A stretch of 64,000 bases of DNA, taken from NCBI GenBank assembly GCA_963806035.1, contig CAWDWO010000038.1:11414-75413 (forward strand), given 5' to 3'. Under the pieces are notes generated by a model. The model saw nothing but the letters and a program-made list of their open reading frames with translations. It made no database searches and was not told the DNA's origin. Below, in pieces: positions 38,804 to 49,947 of this stretch. This DNA is from Candidatus Krumholzibacteriota bacterium (GTDB taxonomy: Bacteria > Krumholzibacteriota > Krumholzibacteriia > JAJRXK01). Numbering within the stretch: the first letter of the stretch is position 1; each line of letters opens with the position of its first letter. Position numbers and translations under genes: made by a program.

Positions 38804-38956
38804 TAACGAGCCAACCATCCAAGAATTGGGAAGGAGAGGCCCCCTTGCCCCTGGCTTCTTTTTCCCGCCTCCCGCACGCGCCGACGAAGGTTTCGTCAGC
38901 GTTGTTCTGTGTCTCGCCCAGAGGTTCCGTCGGGGACCCATCGAAAGAGGAGCATT

Positions 38957-39220
38957 TTGGTCGCGGACGAACTCTTGAAGCTCTTGGTGTGCCCGCAGAC
39001 GCGGACACCAGTCCAGCTCGCGGATTCCGAGCTGCTCGCGCGGGTCAACGATCGTATCGCCCGCAATGAGCTGCGAACCCACGACGGACGGACGCTGACC
39101 GAGCCTCTGCAAGAGGCTTTGGTTCGAGAAGACGGTGCGGTACTCTATCCCGTTCGCGACGGGATTCCGGTCATGCTCATCGGCGAGTCCATTCTTTTGG
39201 AGGAAACCCACGAGACTTGA
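38957..39220 (+). CDS. Trm112-like family protein
   Basis: ELLKLLVCP...YPVRDGIPVMLIGE; GAGGAG RBS before a TTG start. Confidence 0.85.
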   Translation: MVADELLKLLVCPQTRTPVQLADSELLARVNDRIARNELRTHDGRTLTEPLQEALVREDGAVLYPVRDGIPVMLIGESILLEETHET

Positions 39221-39299
39221 TCTCGACCTTCGGAGGTGGGTTGGTGCTTGCGGCTTGATTCTCACGCCGAGGCGGGCCCTCCGGAACAAGCAGACAAGA

Positions 39300-42200
39300 A
39301 TGAGAGCAGTACCCCAGACTCGACGAGTGCTGTTAGGGGCAATCTTTGTCCTGGCCGTGACGCACTGTGCCGCCATGGCGAGACCGGCGTTCGAACTCCA
39401 GCTCTTGGAGCAGAGCGCCGATCGCACGACCTTTCGCGTGCTGCTTCCCAGCCAGGGCGAGAACTTCGCAAGCGTGCAGAAATTCGTCCTCGCCCTGCCC
39501 TCGTCTCGTCCCGCGCAACTCACGATTCGAAACCGCCGCGAGGTCTTCGACTCCAGCGATCAGCGTGGCGTCGAGCTTCCCCCGGCGGGGGAGCTGGCGC
39601 AGCTGAGCCGGCCCCATCGCGTACGCGGCGTCTGGCGCGCCGTTCTTTCTCTCGCTGCGTTACCGCGGGCAGGATGGCCTTCCGCGGCGTCTGCAGGAGA
39701 TCGAAATCACGGTGAATCATCCAGCGGCCGCCGGTGAATTCGCGCCCACGCCCGCGCTGGGCGCCTTCGATCCCGCGCGGTATTTCGCGACGAGTTCCTT
39801 CGTCAATCCCGCCACGGCCCGCTCCTTCCGCCGGGCAACCATCGCGCGCCAAGCGGCATCCACCAAGTTGGCCGGGGAGAACGACACCTTCGCCCAAAGC
39901 TCGCACTGGCTTCGCCTTCAGATCTCACAGACCGGTCTCTACCGCCTGCGCTACGAGGATCTGGAGGCTCTGCTGCAAGGGGGGGCGGCCGCGATCGATC
40001 CCGCTTCCCTACGTCTCTTCTCGGCGCCGATGCTTCTGCAGAACCTCGATCCCAACGTGGCGGGGCAGAGTTGGGAATCCGATTACCAGCTGAAGGAACG
40101 CGCCATTTCCGTGGTGGCGTCCGCTCCGGCCGCGGGCATGGGAGCCGGGGACTACATCCTGTTCTACGCCGGGGGCGTCGATACCTGGATGGATCGTCAC
40201 GACTCCTCGGTGGAGGACCCCTACGAGCACGTGGAGCACCAGTATGCAGATCAGCTGGCGCTGTGGCTGAGCTGGGACGAAATCGGCGTGTCTGATTCCA
40301 CTTTCCCCTCCAATCCGCTACGGATGACTCAGCTCGACGCGACGCCGGATCAGGACCCCACCCAGGATCTCCTGGACTACCGCGAACGCGTGCACCTCGA
40401 GGACTCCGCCGCCATGCGCTACGGAATCGTCAAGGACAACTGGAGCATGACGACCTCGCCGCTGCGCACGGACGAGGGCTTTTCGAAGAATTGGATCACG
40501 GACCATGTTCTGGCGGACAGCACCGCCTACATTTTCGTGAATCCAGTGATGATTCCGGCCAGCAGCGTGGCGAGTATCGAGGTGCTCACCAACGGGGCGA
40601 ACGCGGGCAATTTCACCTGGTCCTCTTCCCTCCAATTGAGTGGGGCCATCGTGCGCTTTGCGGGCCCGGTGGCGCCGCCGCTCGATGGCAGCAACCAGAT
40701 TCAGATCGTGAACCGCTCTGCGAGCGTGAATGTCGATCTGGATCTCATCGATCTGAGCTTTCGTCGTGGTTTCTTCACGCGCTCCGGTAGACTCGAATGG
40801 ATGGTCTTCCCCGATGAGTTTGCCACTCCCGGCTCGCGGACCATGCACCTGCGCGATGAAGAGCAGGCGGGCGCGGGCTTTGACGACGAAACAGTGCTCT
40901 TGAATACCACGGATCCCGATCGTCCCGTCATTCTCACGGGGGCGGTGCTCGACCAGAACTCCCAGGGGCTGCGTTTCAAATCTCTCCTGCAGCCCGGCGA
41001 ACACTTTGCCGTGTACGAAGCAGGAGCAATGCTCGATGTCAATGCCATGAAGCTCGGACGCCCGCGACTTCTCCGCAGCGAAGTTTTCGCGCAGGGCGGA
41101 TGGGACTATCTCGCGGTGGGGCCAGCCGATCTCATCGATGGGGCCGACGAGCTGGTGAATTACCACAGCCAGGAGTTGCGTGATGAGAACGGCCAGTCCT
41201 TGGCTGCTCCGCGGGTGACGAGCGTCGATCTGCAGGACATCTGGGACAATTTCGGCTACGGCGTGAAGGAGCCGGCCGCGCTGCGAAACTTCCTGAAATT
41301 TTGCTACCTGCATCCAGTGCGTCAAGAGGCGGGCAGGCAGACCCAGTACGCTCTGCTGGTGGGGGATGCCAGCCGGGACTACCGCAGCCGACTACCCGGC
41401 AGCACGGGTGAGGAGGAGCGCGATCGCTGCCCCACCTTCGTGCAGACCCACTGGCCTTACAGCAATGAGACACAATTGGGTCAGGCGCAGTATGCACCCT
41501 ATGCCAGTGACGATTGGTTCGGCGCCTTCGATGCGCCGGATAGTTCCGATTCTCGTCTCGCTCCCTACGACTTGCCCGAGCTGGCCATGGGTCGGATGCC
41601 TTCGGCGAATCTCTCGGAGACGCGGCTGATGGTGCGCCGTGCCACCGAGTACCAGACCACGCCCGAAGCGGGTGACTGGCGCAACGACGTCCTTCTGGTC
41701 TGCGACGACGAGGTCGGTCTCGCGTCCAACTCCACCGGCGAGAAGTTTCACATCCTGGAGGGAGAGCTTCTGGCCGAGGGTTTGATTCCGGACGTGGTGG
41801 ACGTGACGAAGCTGTATCTCACCGAGTATCCCAATCCGCCGGGACCACGCAACAAGCCAGCGGCGCGCGCCGACATGCGTCGCTTCTGGTCGGATGGAAA
41901 ACTGATCGTCCACTACATCGGTCACGGTTCACCGCGCCAGCTGGCTGACGAGAAGGTCTTTCTCATCGAGGACGTCGCGGCCCTCACCAACGAGAATCGC
42001 CTGCCACTCTTTCTCGCGTTCTCCTGCGACGTCTCGATCTTCGATTCACCCACCGAGAAGAGCATGGCCGAACAGCTGATGCTCCACGAGGGGGGTGGAG
42101 CCATCGCGAGCATCGCGGCCACCCAGGTGACCTTCGTCCAATCGAACGACAATCTGACGAACGACTTTTACCCGCTGCTTTTCCCCACGGACGATCCGGT

Positions 42201-43362
42201 GGATTCACCGCCCATCGGGACCGTACTGCGCGGCGCCACCGTGGTGCTCGGTGGCAGCCCCTTCACCGATCACAACTCGCTCAAGTACGCGCTCTTTGGA
42301 GACCCCGCACTGCGTCTGGCCACCGCGCAGAAGGGCCTGACGCTCTCCGGTGCGCTCGCTGACACCATCGCCACCGGCAGGCTCTCCGAACTCGTGGGCC
42401 GCAGGACGGACGGCCAGCTCCTCTCCGGTCGCTACGAACTCCTCGCGCGGGAGGCGCGCGATTCCTCGGGCTATTCGCGCGTGGACAACGACACCACCAT
42501 CTTCCACATCCCCTACGTGCTGGACGGGGCGGCCTTCTTCAAGGGCCAGGGCATCGCCTCCGGGGAGAGCCTCAAAGTCGATCTTCCCGTTCCCGTCAGC
42601 CTGCGCGCGGGGAACGATGGCCGCGTCCGCATGCTCTACGAAGACGATGGTCTTCAAAGCTCCGAAATGGTCGGTATCTCCGACCCCGTACCGGTCGTGC
42701 TCCGTTCCAGTTCGAGCGATGACAACGAGGGTCCCACCATTCAGTTGAGCTTCTCCACCGCCTCGGTCATCGTGGTTCCCGGAGACACGCTCAGCGTTCG
42801 ACTCAGCGACCCGAGCGGGATCAACGTGCTGGGGACCACTCCGGCCAGTCGGATCAACGTCGATTTCGATTCGCGCGGCTTCCCGTTGGACGTCACCGGG
42901 CTCTTCCGGCTGGACGAGGGTCACTACGACAGCGGCGGCCTGAGCTATCCGCTGCCCTCCGATCTGGAGCCGGGAGCGCACACCATGCAGGTGAGCGCCA
43001 GCGATACGCGCGGAAATCTCTCGAAGGCTTCGATCAGCTTCACTTTGCGTCAGCCGGGAGCGCTCGAGATCACCGATGCGGTGGCCGTGCCCAATCCCTT
43101 TTCGCGAGCCACGAGATTCGTGGTCGATCTGAGCGACGCAGCGCGCGTCGAGATCGGCATTCACTCTCTCGACGGCCGGCTCATTCGCAAGCTCGAGGAC
43201 GTGCAGAATCAACGAGGAGTTCTCGTCATCGATTGGGATGGCTTGGATTTCCGGGGGGACGAAATTGCCAACGGCGTGTACCTCTACACGGTACGGGCCA
43301 CCTTTCTTCAGGCATCGCAGCTCAGCTTGACCAGGACGGGTCGAGTGGTGCGGATGCGCTAG
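39300..43362 (+). CDS. porU: PorU-like C25 (gingipain-family) cysteine peptidase/sortase with FlgD-Ig C-terminal domain; one frameshift near 39657
   Basis: Signal peptide from ATG 39300. C25 motifs IWDNFGYG...PAALRNFLK, LLVGDAS, SDDWFG and MGRMP; catalytic HYIGHGS and FSCD; LFGDPAL; tail PNPF...WDG.D..G.EIANGVYLY. Adjacent to porV. Two ORFs join into one protein across the frameshift. Confidence 0.75.
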
Positions 43363-43437
43363 CGGAAAGGGCAAGGAACGACTCATGTTTCACATCAGCT
43401 GGGGCGCCAACCCAATCCGACACAGGAGGACCAATCA

Positions 43438-44430
43438 GTGAACCGCTCCCTAATGGCCATCTTGGCCGCACTCATCATCGTGACCGCATTCTCAGGGGAC
43501 GCATTGGCGGTGAGCCAGGCAGGCGCGATCTCCCTGACCTTTCCCATCGGCGCGCGCTACAACGCGCTGGGAGAGGCGGGGACTGCGCTCAGCACGGACA
43601 TCGCTGCCATGTGGTGGAACGTGGGAGGTTTCGCATTCGCGGCTGACGGCGGAAAGCGCCGCGGCTTCGAATTCATGGACACCAAGCTCGTACCTGACCT
43701 CGCCAACGACGTGCGCTTGGATTTTCTCGGCTACGGCCAGTACGTCGAAGGCTGGGGTATGATGGGAATTTACCTCGACTACCTCAACAACGGTCAGCAG
43801 ACGAGCACCGACGAAGGGGGACAGCTCAAGGGAACCTTTGGCTCCTACGAGTTCTCGGTGGGATTTGCCTACGGCGTGAAGATAACCCCGCGCATGGGGG
43901 TCGGAGTCGGGGTCAAGTACTTCCGTAACGAACTGGCTCCCGATCAATTCACGCAGGACCGTGGCTCGGGCTCGGGCTCCACCTGGGCCATCGATACCGG
44001 TCTGCACTACCGGGTCAACGATCGCCTGCAACTCGGGGCGGCCCTGACCAACATGGGCCCGGACATCACCTTCATCGATGCGGATCAGTCCGACCCCATG
44101 CCGCTCACGTTCCGTACCGGATTCGCCATGACGGCCTATCAGAGCGAGTACATGGGCTTCCTGGTCGTCGGCGATTATCTCAAGAGTCTGGTGAGCCAGG
44201 ACGACACGCAGATCTTCGGCGGCGGCGTCGAGTGGAACTACGTGGAGAGTCTCTACATCAGGCTGGGATACAAGAACGACAACGAGGGTGAGATCAAGGA
44301 TTACACCTGGGGATTGGGAGTCGACTTGAGCCGCTGGACGGGTCAGTCGGTATCGGTGGACTATGCGAGCGTACCGCAGGCCAAGGATCTGGCTCGCGTG
44401 AATCGAATCTCACTCAGCTTCCTCTTTTGA
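43438..44430 (+). CDS. porV: PorV/PorQ-family outer-membrane beta-barrel
   Basis: Signal peptide, SLTFPIGARYNALGEAG, MWWN, NMGPDITF...DPMP and a C-terminal Phe. Confidence 0.8.
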   Translation: MNRSLMAILAALIIVTAFSGDALAVSQAGAISLTFPIGARYNALGEAGTALSTDIAAMWWNVGGFAFAADGGKRRGFEFMDTKLVPDLANDVRLDFLGYGQYVEGWGMMGIYLDYLNNGQQTSTDEGGQLKGTFGSYEFSVGFAYGVKITPRMGVGVGVKYFRNELAPDQFTQDRGSGSGSTWAIDTGLHYRVNDRLQLGAALTNMGPDITFIDADQSDPMPLTFRTGFAMTAYQSEYMGFLVVGDYLKSLVSQDDTQIFGGGVEWNYVESLYIRLGYKNDNEGEIKDYTWGLGVDLSRWTGQSVSVDYASVPQAKDLARVNRISLSFLF

Positions 44431-44494
44431 GGCGAGTCAGAGCGACTTGGAAGGCAAAGTTCAACTCAGCGCGATCAGTGCCGGAGGTCAGTGA

Positions 44495-47400
44495 ATGTCA
44501 TGCCGAGCAAGCCAGGGCCCAAGGCCTTCGTCGAGTGCATCACGCTCGCTGACTCTGCGTGCCCTCGGATTGTCCTGTCTGCTCCTGTGGGGGTTGGCGC
44601 TCCCTCGTCACGCCGATGCAGCCAGGCCGAAACAATCCGAGGTGGTGCGCGTGCGTTCCTATCCCTCGCTCACGCTTCGCCGATCCCCCTTGCCCAGTCA
44701 ACTGCCTCCGGCCCAATTGCAAGAACTGGAAAAGAGGGAGGAGAGTGAGGAACTGGTGCGGCGCCATCTGGGACCGCACGGAATTTCGCGCAAAGGCTTG
44801 GCGCGCGCGCAGCGCCGCCGTGAGATCGTGTCGACCAAGGGCCTGGCCGCGGCGGGAGTCGATACGCTGCACGTGCTGGTCGTTCTGATCGATTTCGAAA
44901 CCGACCGCTCGGGTTCTCTCACCAGCGTGACCGAAGACGGTGGGTTCAGCTGTGAGCCGGACACCTCGCTCATCTTCGATCCGCCGCCGCACGACCGGAA
45001 CTTCTTTCGGTCTCACATCGAGGGTTTGGGGCGCTACTGGTCGTCCATGAGCAACGGCCGTCTCGTGGTGGACGCGCGCGTCTATCCTCCGGCCGATCCC
45101 GCTTCGGATCGCTATCCCTGCAACGCCATCTCTCTGAGCGACATCGCGGATTTCGGTCCGGGCTCAGGCGGCTTTTGGGACCTCGATGGACTGGTGAAGC
45201 TGGTGCAATCCATGATCACCGCGACCGACGAGGCGTCTCTGGACGATCCCACTCTGAACCTGGCCGATTTCGATTTCGACAACCCGAATTCCTACGTGAT
45301 CTTCGCGCACGCCGGGGGCGACCTGCAGAGCAACCTGGTGTGGACTCCGGGGAGCGAGGGCTATTCACCCAACGACATTCCCACTTTCTTCGTGCTTTTC
45401 GGAGATGACGACAAAGTTCCTCTGCAATCGGTGGATTCGTCCACCAGCACCCAGGGTCTCATGACCGAGTGCAGCATCATTCCCGAGAGCACGACCCAGG
45501 ACGGATTGGTGGGGAGCATTGCCGCCGCGCTCTACCACGAGTTCGGGCACTCCCTGGGCCTGCCCGATCTCTACAGCACTTATACCGGCCAGCCCACCGT
45601 GGGCTGGTGGGATCTCATGGACAGTGGAACGAATCTCCCCGCGGTGGTGCAACTGCAAGCCGGAGGAGATCCCATCCAGGTCACGGGCCTGCTCCCGCCC
45701 AGTATCGGTCTCTGGTCCAAGTGGTTCTTGGGATGGGTCGATCCGATTCGCGCCACCGCGCAGACCAAGTCCGTCGATCTGCCGGCCTCCTACCTGCAGG
45801 GCCGCGATGACAAGGGCTTGCTGCTGGATACCGGGAGCGACGAGTTCTTCTTGGTGGAAAATCGCTGGATCCCGCCCTTCGTCCCGGTGGACGCGAGCGG
45901 CAATCCCCAGTGGGTGCTGATCCGCGACCAGGATACCGGAGTGGTGCTCTATCTGGGCGAGAACACGGATGACATGCGCCCGGCGAACACCAATCTCTAT
46001 GACTACTTCATGCCCTGGGCCGGCGGTGCCATGGTGTGGAGAGTTCGCGAGAATCTGATCGATCAGCGTATCGCCACCAACGAGGTCCAGGGAGTTCCCG
46101 GTGACTTCGCGCTGGAGATCGTCGAAGCTGACGGGATCCAGGACATAGGGATCTTCGATTTTCGGACCTTCGGTTTCGTGGGCAGTGACAACGACGCCTT
46201 TCGCGCGCAGGGCCTCTATCCGAATCCGCCTGTGAATCCTTTCTTCAGCGTGAATTTCGATTCCACCCAAACTGCCTTCGGGCCCTCGACCATCCCGAGC
46301 AGTGAGAGCGCGATGAAGGTTCCCACCGGCGCGGCCATCTGGGACATCTCGCGCAGCGACACCTTCATGACGATGAAGGCCGCGCTGAAGGTCTCGCCGG
46401 TCGCGGACAATTCTCTCTTTCCCGTAGTCTTGCCCCCAGTGGACCGAGCGAAGGGCCCGGTGCCGCTGTTGGGCGATGCCGCGAGCGTGAGCACCTTGGG
46501 CGGCCTGGATGCCACCGGCTCTGTGGAACCGGCCATCCTGGTCAGCGCGGTGGCTTCCGATGGCGGGGCGGGAGCCGGAATTTTCGCATTCACACCGGCG
46601 GGAGATCCCATCGGGAGTGGAGCGGTGGCATCACTGGGTGCGGCCACCGCGGGACCCATCGCGTACTTGCCCTCATTCCGTGGCGCTCCCGCCTACGCGT
46701 TCGCGACCATCGATGGAAGTCTGGACGTGCGCGACGCCGATCTGCGTGCGGGTGGCGTTTCACTCTCCGGTTTTCCGCTCGCCCTGGGGGACTCGATCGG
46801 CGCCGGTCCCATCGTCGTTCGCAGGGGCTCGCAGGCGCTTTTGCTGACGGCCAATCTATCGGCGAACCGGCTTCACATCGTCGATGAGAGCGCGGCCCTG
46901 CACGAGGATTGGACCGACTGGGAGAGCTCGAGCGGCTTGGGTCTGGCTCCCAACGAGACCTTGCGTAGCGCACCGGTCGCGGCCGATCTCGATGGCGACG
47001 GAAGCGTGGAATCGATGGTCTTCTTGGCGGGTGGGCGCATCGTGGGATACGATCTCAGCGGCGCCTCGCCCAACCGCATTCTCGACCTTGCCGTCCTGGA
47101 CAAACTGGGACCCGTGGGCCCTGAGGCTCACTTCGATCTGATCGCGTGGCCCAGCGAAGACGGGGCTGCCCGCGATCGTATCCTCCTGGCCTACAGCGAG
47201 ACCAGGGACCGTGACCCCGACGCGATTCTCTTGCGCGTGTTCTTCCAGAACGGGGCGTGGAAGTCGGAGTATTTCGGCGAGCGAATGCCCTATGTCCTCA
47301 CCGGAGCGCCGGCACTGGGTGATCTGGATGGGGATGGCCACCGCGACGTGGTGGTCCTGGACCAGAAGAGAATTTGGGCCTTCGGCGGTCCGAGCGGTGC

Positions 47401-48157
47401 CTCCTTGGGGGGCTTCCCGATTCCCCTGCGCGATCAGCACCTCGTCAGCGCCGGCGAGAAACTCATCGACGAGCCCAAGGGCAGCGCGATCATCGCCGAC
47501 GTGGATGGTGACGGTCAGAACGAGCTCGTGTTCGAGAGCGCGCTCGGGCTACTCTACGCTCTCGAGGGTGACGGCACGAACAGCTCCGGTTACCCGCGGA
47601 AACTCAGTGGGGGTGGAGTCGTCTCTCCCCAACTCTTCGATTATCTCGATGGCGCGCAACCGAAGCGGGCGCTACTTCTCTTCGAAGCCGAGGGTGACAC
47701 CGTGGCGCAGGGGAGTGCTCTGCGCAATCCGCGTCTACAAAAGCTCGCGCTTCCTGTGCCTCCCGAACCGCGTCACGACCAGAGACTGCCCGAATGGCGC
47801 GGTCTTCTGGGAAGCGTGCTGCGCACGGGCAGAGCGGTCCCCGGGCAAGGGCCGCAAAGCAGTGTCGCCTCAGCGCACGAAGACAAGGGGGCCTTCGTCT
47901 ATCCCAATCCCGCCGGCGCACAGCTCTATGCCAGAGTGCGATTCGAGAGCGGGGGCGAACAGACCGCTTCGGCGACCCTGATGAATCTCGAAGGCCAGGA
48001 GCGCTACACGACCACCAAAGAGATTTCCGCGGTGGGGACGAGCGAGATCGATCTGCCCATCGAGACCCTGGCCTCCGGGCCCTATCTCTGCCGTATCGAA
48101 TACTTGGCCCCGGCCGGACGCCGGGTCGAAATCGTACCTTTCTACATCGAGCACTGA
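44495..48157 (+). CDS. M6 (immune inhibitor A-like) metallopeptidase with FG-GAP/VCBS repeats and T9SS-type C-terminal sorting domain
   Basis: HEFGHSLGLPDLY zinc motif, WDLMDSG, EFFLVENR, DLDGDG repeats and a VYPNPA...LASGPYLCRI tail. Confidence 0.85.
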   Translation: MSCRASQGPRPSSSASRSLTLRALGLSCLLLWGLALPRHADAARPKQSEVVRVRSYPSLTLRRSPLPSQLPPAQLQELEKREESEELVRRHLGPHGISRKGLARAQRRREIVSTKGLAAAGVDTLHVLVVLIDFETDRSGSLTSVTEDGGFSCEPDTSLIFDPPPHDRNFFRSHIEGLGRYWSSMSNGRLVVDARVYPPADPASDRYPCNAISLSDIADFGPGSGGFWDLDGLVKLVQSMITATDEASLDDPTLNLADFDFDNPNSYVIFAHAGGDLQSNLVWTPGSEGYSPNDIPTFFVLFGDDDKVPLQSVDSSTSTQGLMTECSIIPESTTQDGLVGSIAAALYHEFGHSLGLPDLYSTYTGQPTVGWWDLMDSGTNLPAVVQLQAGGDPIQVTGLLPPSIGLWSKWFLGWVDPIRATAQTKSVDLPASYLQGRDDKGLLLDTGSDEFFLVENRWIPPFVPVDASGNPQWVLIRDQDTGVVLYLGENTDDMRPANTNLYDYFMPWAGGAMVWRVRENLIDQRIATNEVQGVPGDFALEIVEADGIQDIGIFDFRTFGFVGSDNDAFRAQGLYPNPPVNPFFSVNFDSTQTAFGPSTIPSSESAMKVPTGAAIWDISRSDTFMTMKAALKVSPVADNSLFPVVLPPVDRAKGPVPLLGDAASVSTLGGLDATGSVEPAILVSAVASDGGAGAGIFAFTPAGDPIGSGAVASLGAATAGPIAYLPSFRGAPAYAFATIDGSLDVRDADLRAGGVSLSGFPLALGDSIGAGPIVVRRGSQALLLTANLSANRLHIVDESAALHEDWTDWESSSGLGLAPNETLRSAPVAADLDGDGSVESMVFLAGGRIVGYDLSGASPNRILDLAVLDKLGPVGPEAHFDLIAWPSEDGAARDRILLAYSETRDRDPDAILLRVFFQNGAWKSEYFGERMPYVLTGAPALGDLDGDGHRDVVVLDQKRIWAFGGPSGASLGGFPIPLRDQHLVSAGEKLIDEPKGSAIIADVDGDGQNELVFESALGLLYALEGDGTNSSGYPRKLSGGGVVSPQLFDYLDGAQPKRALLLFEAEGDTVAQGSALRNPRLQKLALPVPPEPRHDQRLPEWRGLLGSVLRTGRAVPGQGPQSSVASAHEDKGAFVYPNPAGAQLYARVRFESGGEQTASATLMNLEGQERYTTTKEISAVGTSEIDLPIETLASGPYLCRIEYLAPAGRRVEIVPFYIEH

Positions 48158-48171
48158 CGCCGGGAGGAAGT

Positions 48172-49155
48172 ATGCGCGCCACCCTTTCATTTCTCGTACT
48201 CCTCGTTCTCGCCGCACAAACCGCGCGGGCGGCGGAGACTTCCACTCCTTTCGATCCCGTCGATTCCGCGCTGCGGACGACGCATCTGGAGTCGCGCGTG
48301 GCCGCTTCGCAGCTGCTCGACGATGGTTCAACCAAGGCCGCGCCGAGTTACCACTTCGACGCAGAGCAGGCCGATCGCATACTGGCGCAGGAAGGCGAAG
48401 CAACTCCGCACTGGGACGAGGGCCAATCCTCGGGCGCGCCGCGGCGCTGGTGGTCGCTCGCGCTTTCGGCGGCAGTGCCCGGGCTGGGTGAGGCGGTGAC
48501 CGGACACCGCCGCGGCTACTTCTTCATGGCGGCCGACGCAGCCTCCATCTTTGGGGCGATCCACTACAACAAGAAGGGCGATGACAAGGAAAAGGAGTAC
48601 ATCGCCTTCGCCGATGCTCATTGGAGCGAATCACGATGGGAGGAGGCGCTGCGTACCGTGGACACTTCCCCTTGGTTCGGAACGGACTATCGAGACAAGA
48701 GCAAGGATGACGTCCCTCTCTACGTTTCCAAGGAGGAGGACGCGCGCGAGTACTACGAGAACTTGGGGAAGTGGGACATCTTCTGGTATGGCTGGCAGGA
48801 TAGCAAGCCGAGCAGCATCGGCGATACGGACATCACCTGGGACTGGACGAATCCTCCCCCGGATTTCATCACGCCGCTGCGCAATCAGTATCTCGACATG
48901 AGAACCGCGAGCAACGACGCCTACGGCAATCGCGACAAGTTTCTCACCGCGAGCCTGCTCCTGCGTCTGTTCAGTGTCCTTCAGGTCGCGTATTTGGAGG
49001 GTTTCATCGGCGGACGTTACAACAACGACTACGAGGGGCCGGGAGTGGGCGGTTCGTTGGCGCATCTGCAGAAGAGTCACGGCGCTCAGGTGAATTGGTT
49101 CGTGGATGCGCGAAGCCTCGACCACACCCGCTTGGGCCTTCAGGTGAGGTATTGA
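48172..49155 (+). CDS. Exported/membrane hypothetical protein (DUF5683-like)
   Basis: GGAGG RBS, signal peptide, SLALSAAVPGLGE and YYENLGKW; ends LGLQVRY. Confidence 0.7.
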   Translation: MRATLSFLVLLVLAAQTARAAETSTPFDPVDSALRTTHLESRVAASQLLDDGSTKAAPSYHFDAEQADRILAQEGEATPHWDEGQSSGAPRRWWSLALSAAVPGLGEAVTGHRRGYFFMAADAASIFGAIHYNKKGDDKEKEYIAFADAHWSESRWEEALRTVDTSPWFGTDYRDKSKDDVPLYVSKEEDAREYYENLGKWDIFWYGWQDSKPSSIGDTDITWDWTNPPPDFITPLRNQYLDMRTASNDAYGNRDKFLTASLLLRLFSVLQVAYLEGFIGGRYNNDYEGPGVGGSLAHLQKSHGAQVNWFVDARSLDHTRLGLQVRY

Positions 49156-49157
49156 TC

Positions 49158-49943
49158 ATGCGCGCGAGATTCAGTTTCGTCTTGGCATTCGTTGCGCTTC
49201 TCGCCGGATACGGTACGGCCCGCGCGGATGATGGAGGAAGATTGAGCTCCATCATGAGGAGCAGCTCGGACCGCGCGGTCGCTCAACAGAGCCAGCCCGA
49301 CCACGTCACCGCACCGATCTTCGGGGGAGAAATCGGGGCCCGTTTGAAGCACGCCTCACATTCGCTTCTGCTTCCCGGTTGGTCGCAGCTCCGTTCGCAT
49401 CACCAGTACCGTGCCGCCTTCTTCTTGACGGCGGAGGCCGCCATCTGGACCTCCTTCGCGGTATTCAAGGTGCAGGGGCACAGCCGGGAAAACACCTACC
49501 ACGATTACGCGGTGAATTTCGCGGGAATCGCCCCCGGTGATCGGGACGACAACTACTGGCGCTCATTGGGGATCTACCGAGACAGCGATGCGTACAACGA
49601 GGACCGTCGCCGCGATTTGCGAATCGGGCTCGATCCCTCCGGCCCGGAGTACGCCGGGGGAGACGCCTGGCAGTGGCAGAGTGAAGCCCGCTTCGACGAC
49701 TACAACGCGCTCCGGCGAGACGCCAACAGCGCCTACGACCACGCGGACTTGGTGGTGGTGCTGGCTCTGGTCAACCGCCTCGTCTCCTTCGTCGATGCCA
49801 TGCGGAGCGGTCCGCCACAAGAGGATGGAGATGCTGCGCCCAACCACCTGCTGAATGCCGGCGGATTCGGAATGGATCTCGGTGTGGGCCCCGATGCGAA
49901 CGGGGGGGTGGCCTCCTCGTTCACTCTCAGCCGGAGCTTCTGA
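49158..49943 (+). CDS. Exported/membrane hypothetical protein, distant paralogue of the upstream gene
   Basis: Signal peptide, SLLLPGWSQ and LVNRLVSFVDA; ends FTLSRSF. Confidence 0.7.
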   Translation: MRARFSFVLAFVALLAGYGTARADDGGRLSSIMRSSSDRAVAQQSQPDHVTAPIFGGEIGARLKHASHSLLLPGWSQLRSHHQYRAAFFLTAEAAIWTSFAVFKVQGHSRENTYHDYAVNFAGIAPGDRDDNYWRSLGIYRDSDAYNEDRRRDLRIGLDPSGPEYAGGDAWQWQSEARFDDYNALRRDANSAYDHADLVVVLALVNRLVSFVDAMRSGPPQEDGDAAPNHLLNAGGFGMDLGVGPDANGGVASSFTLSRSF

Positions 49944-49947
49944 GAGC

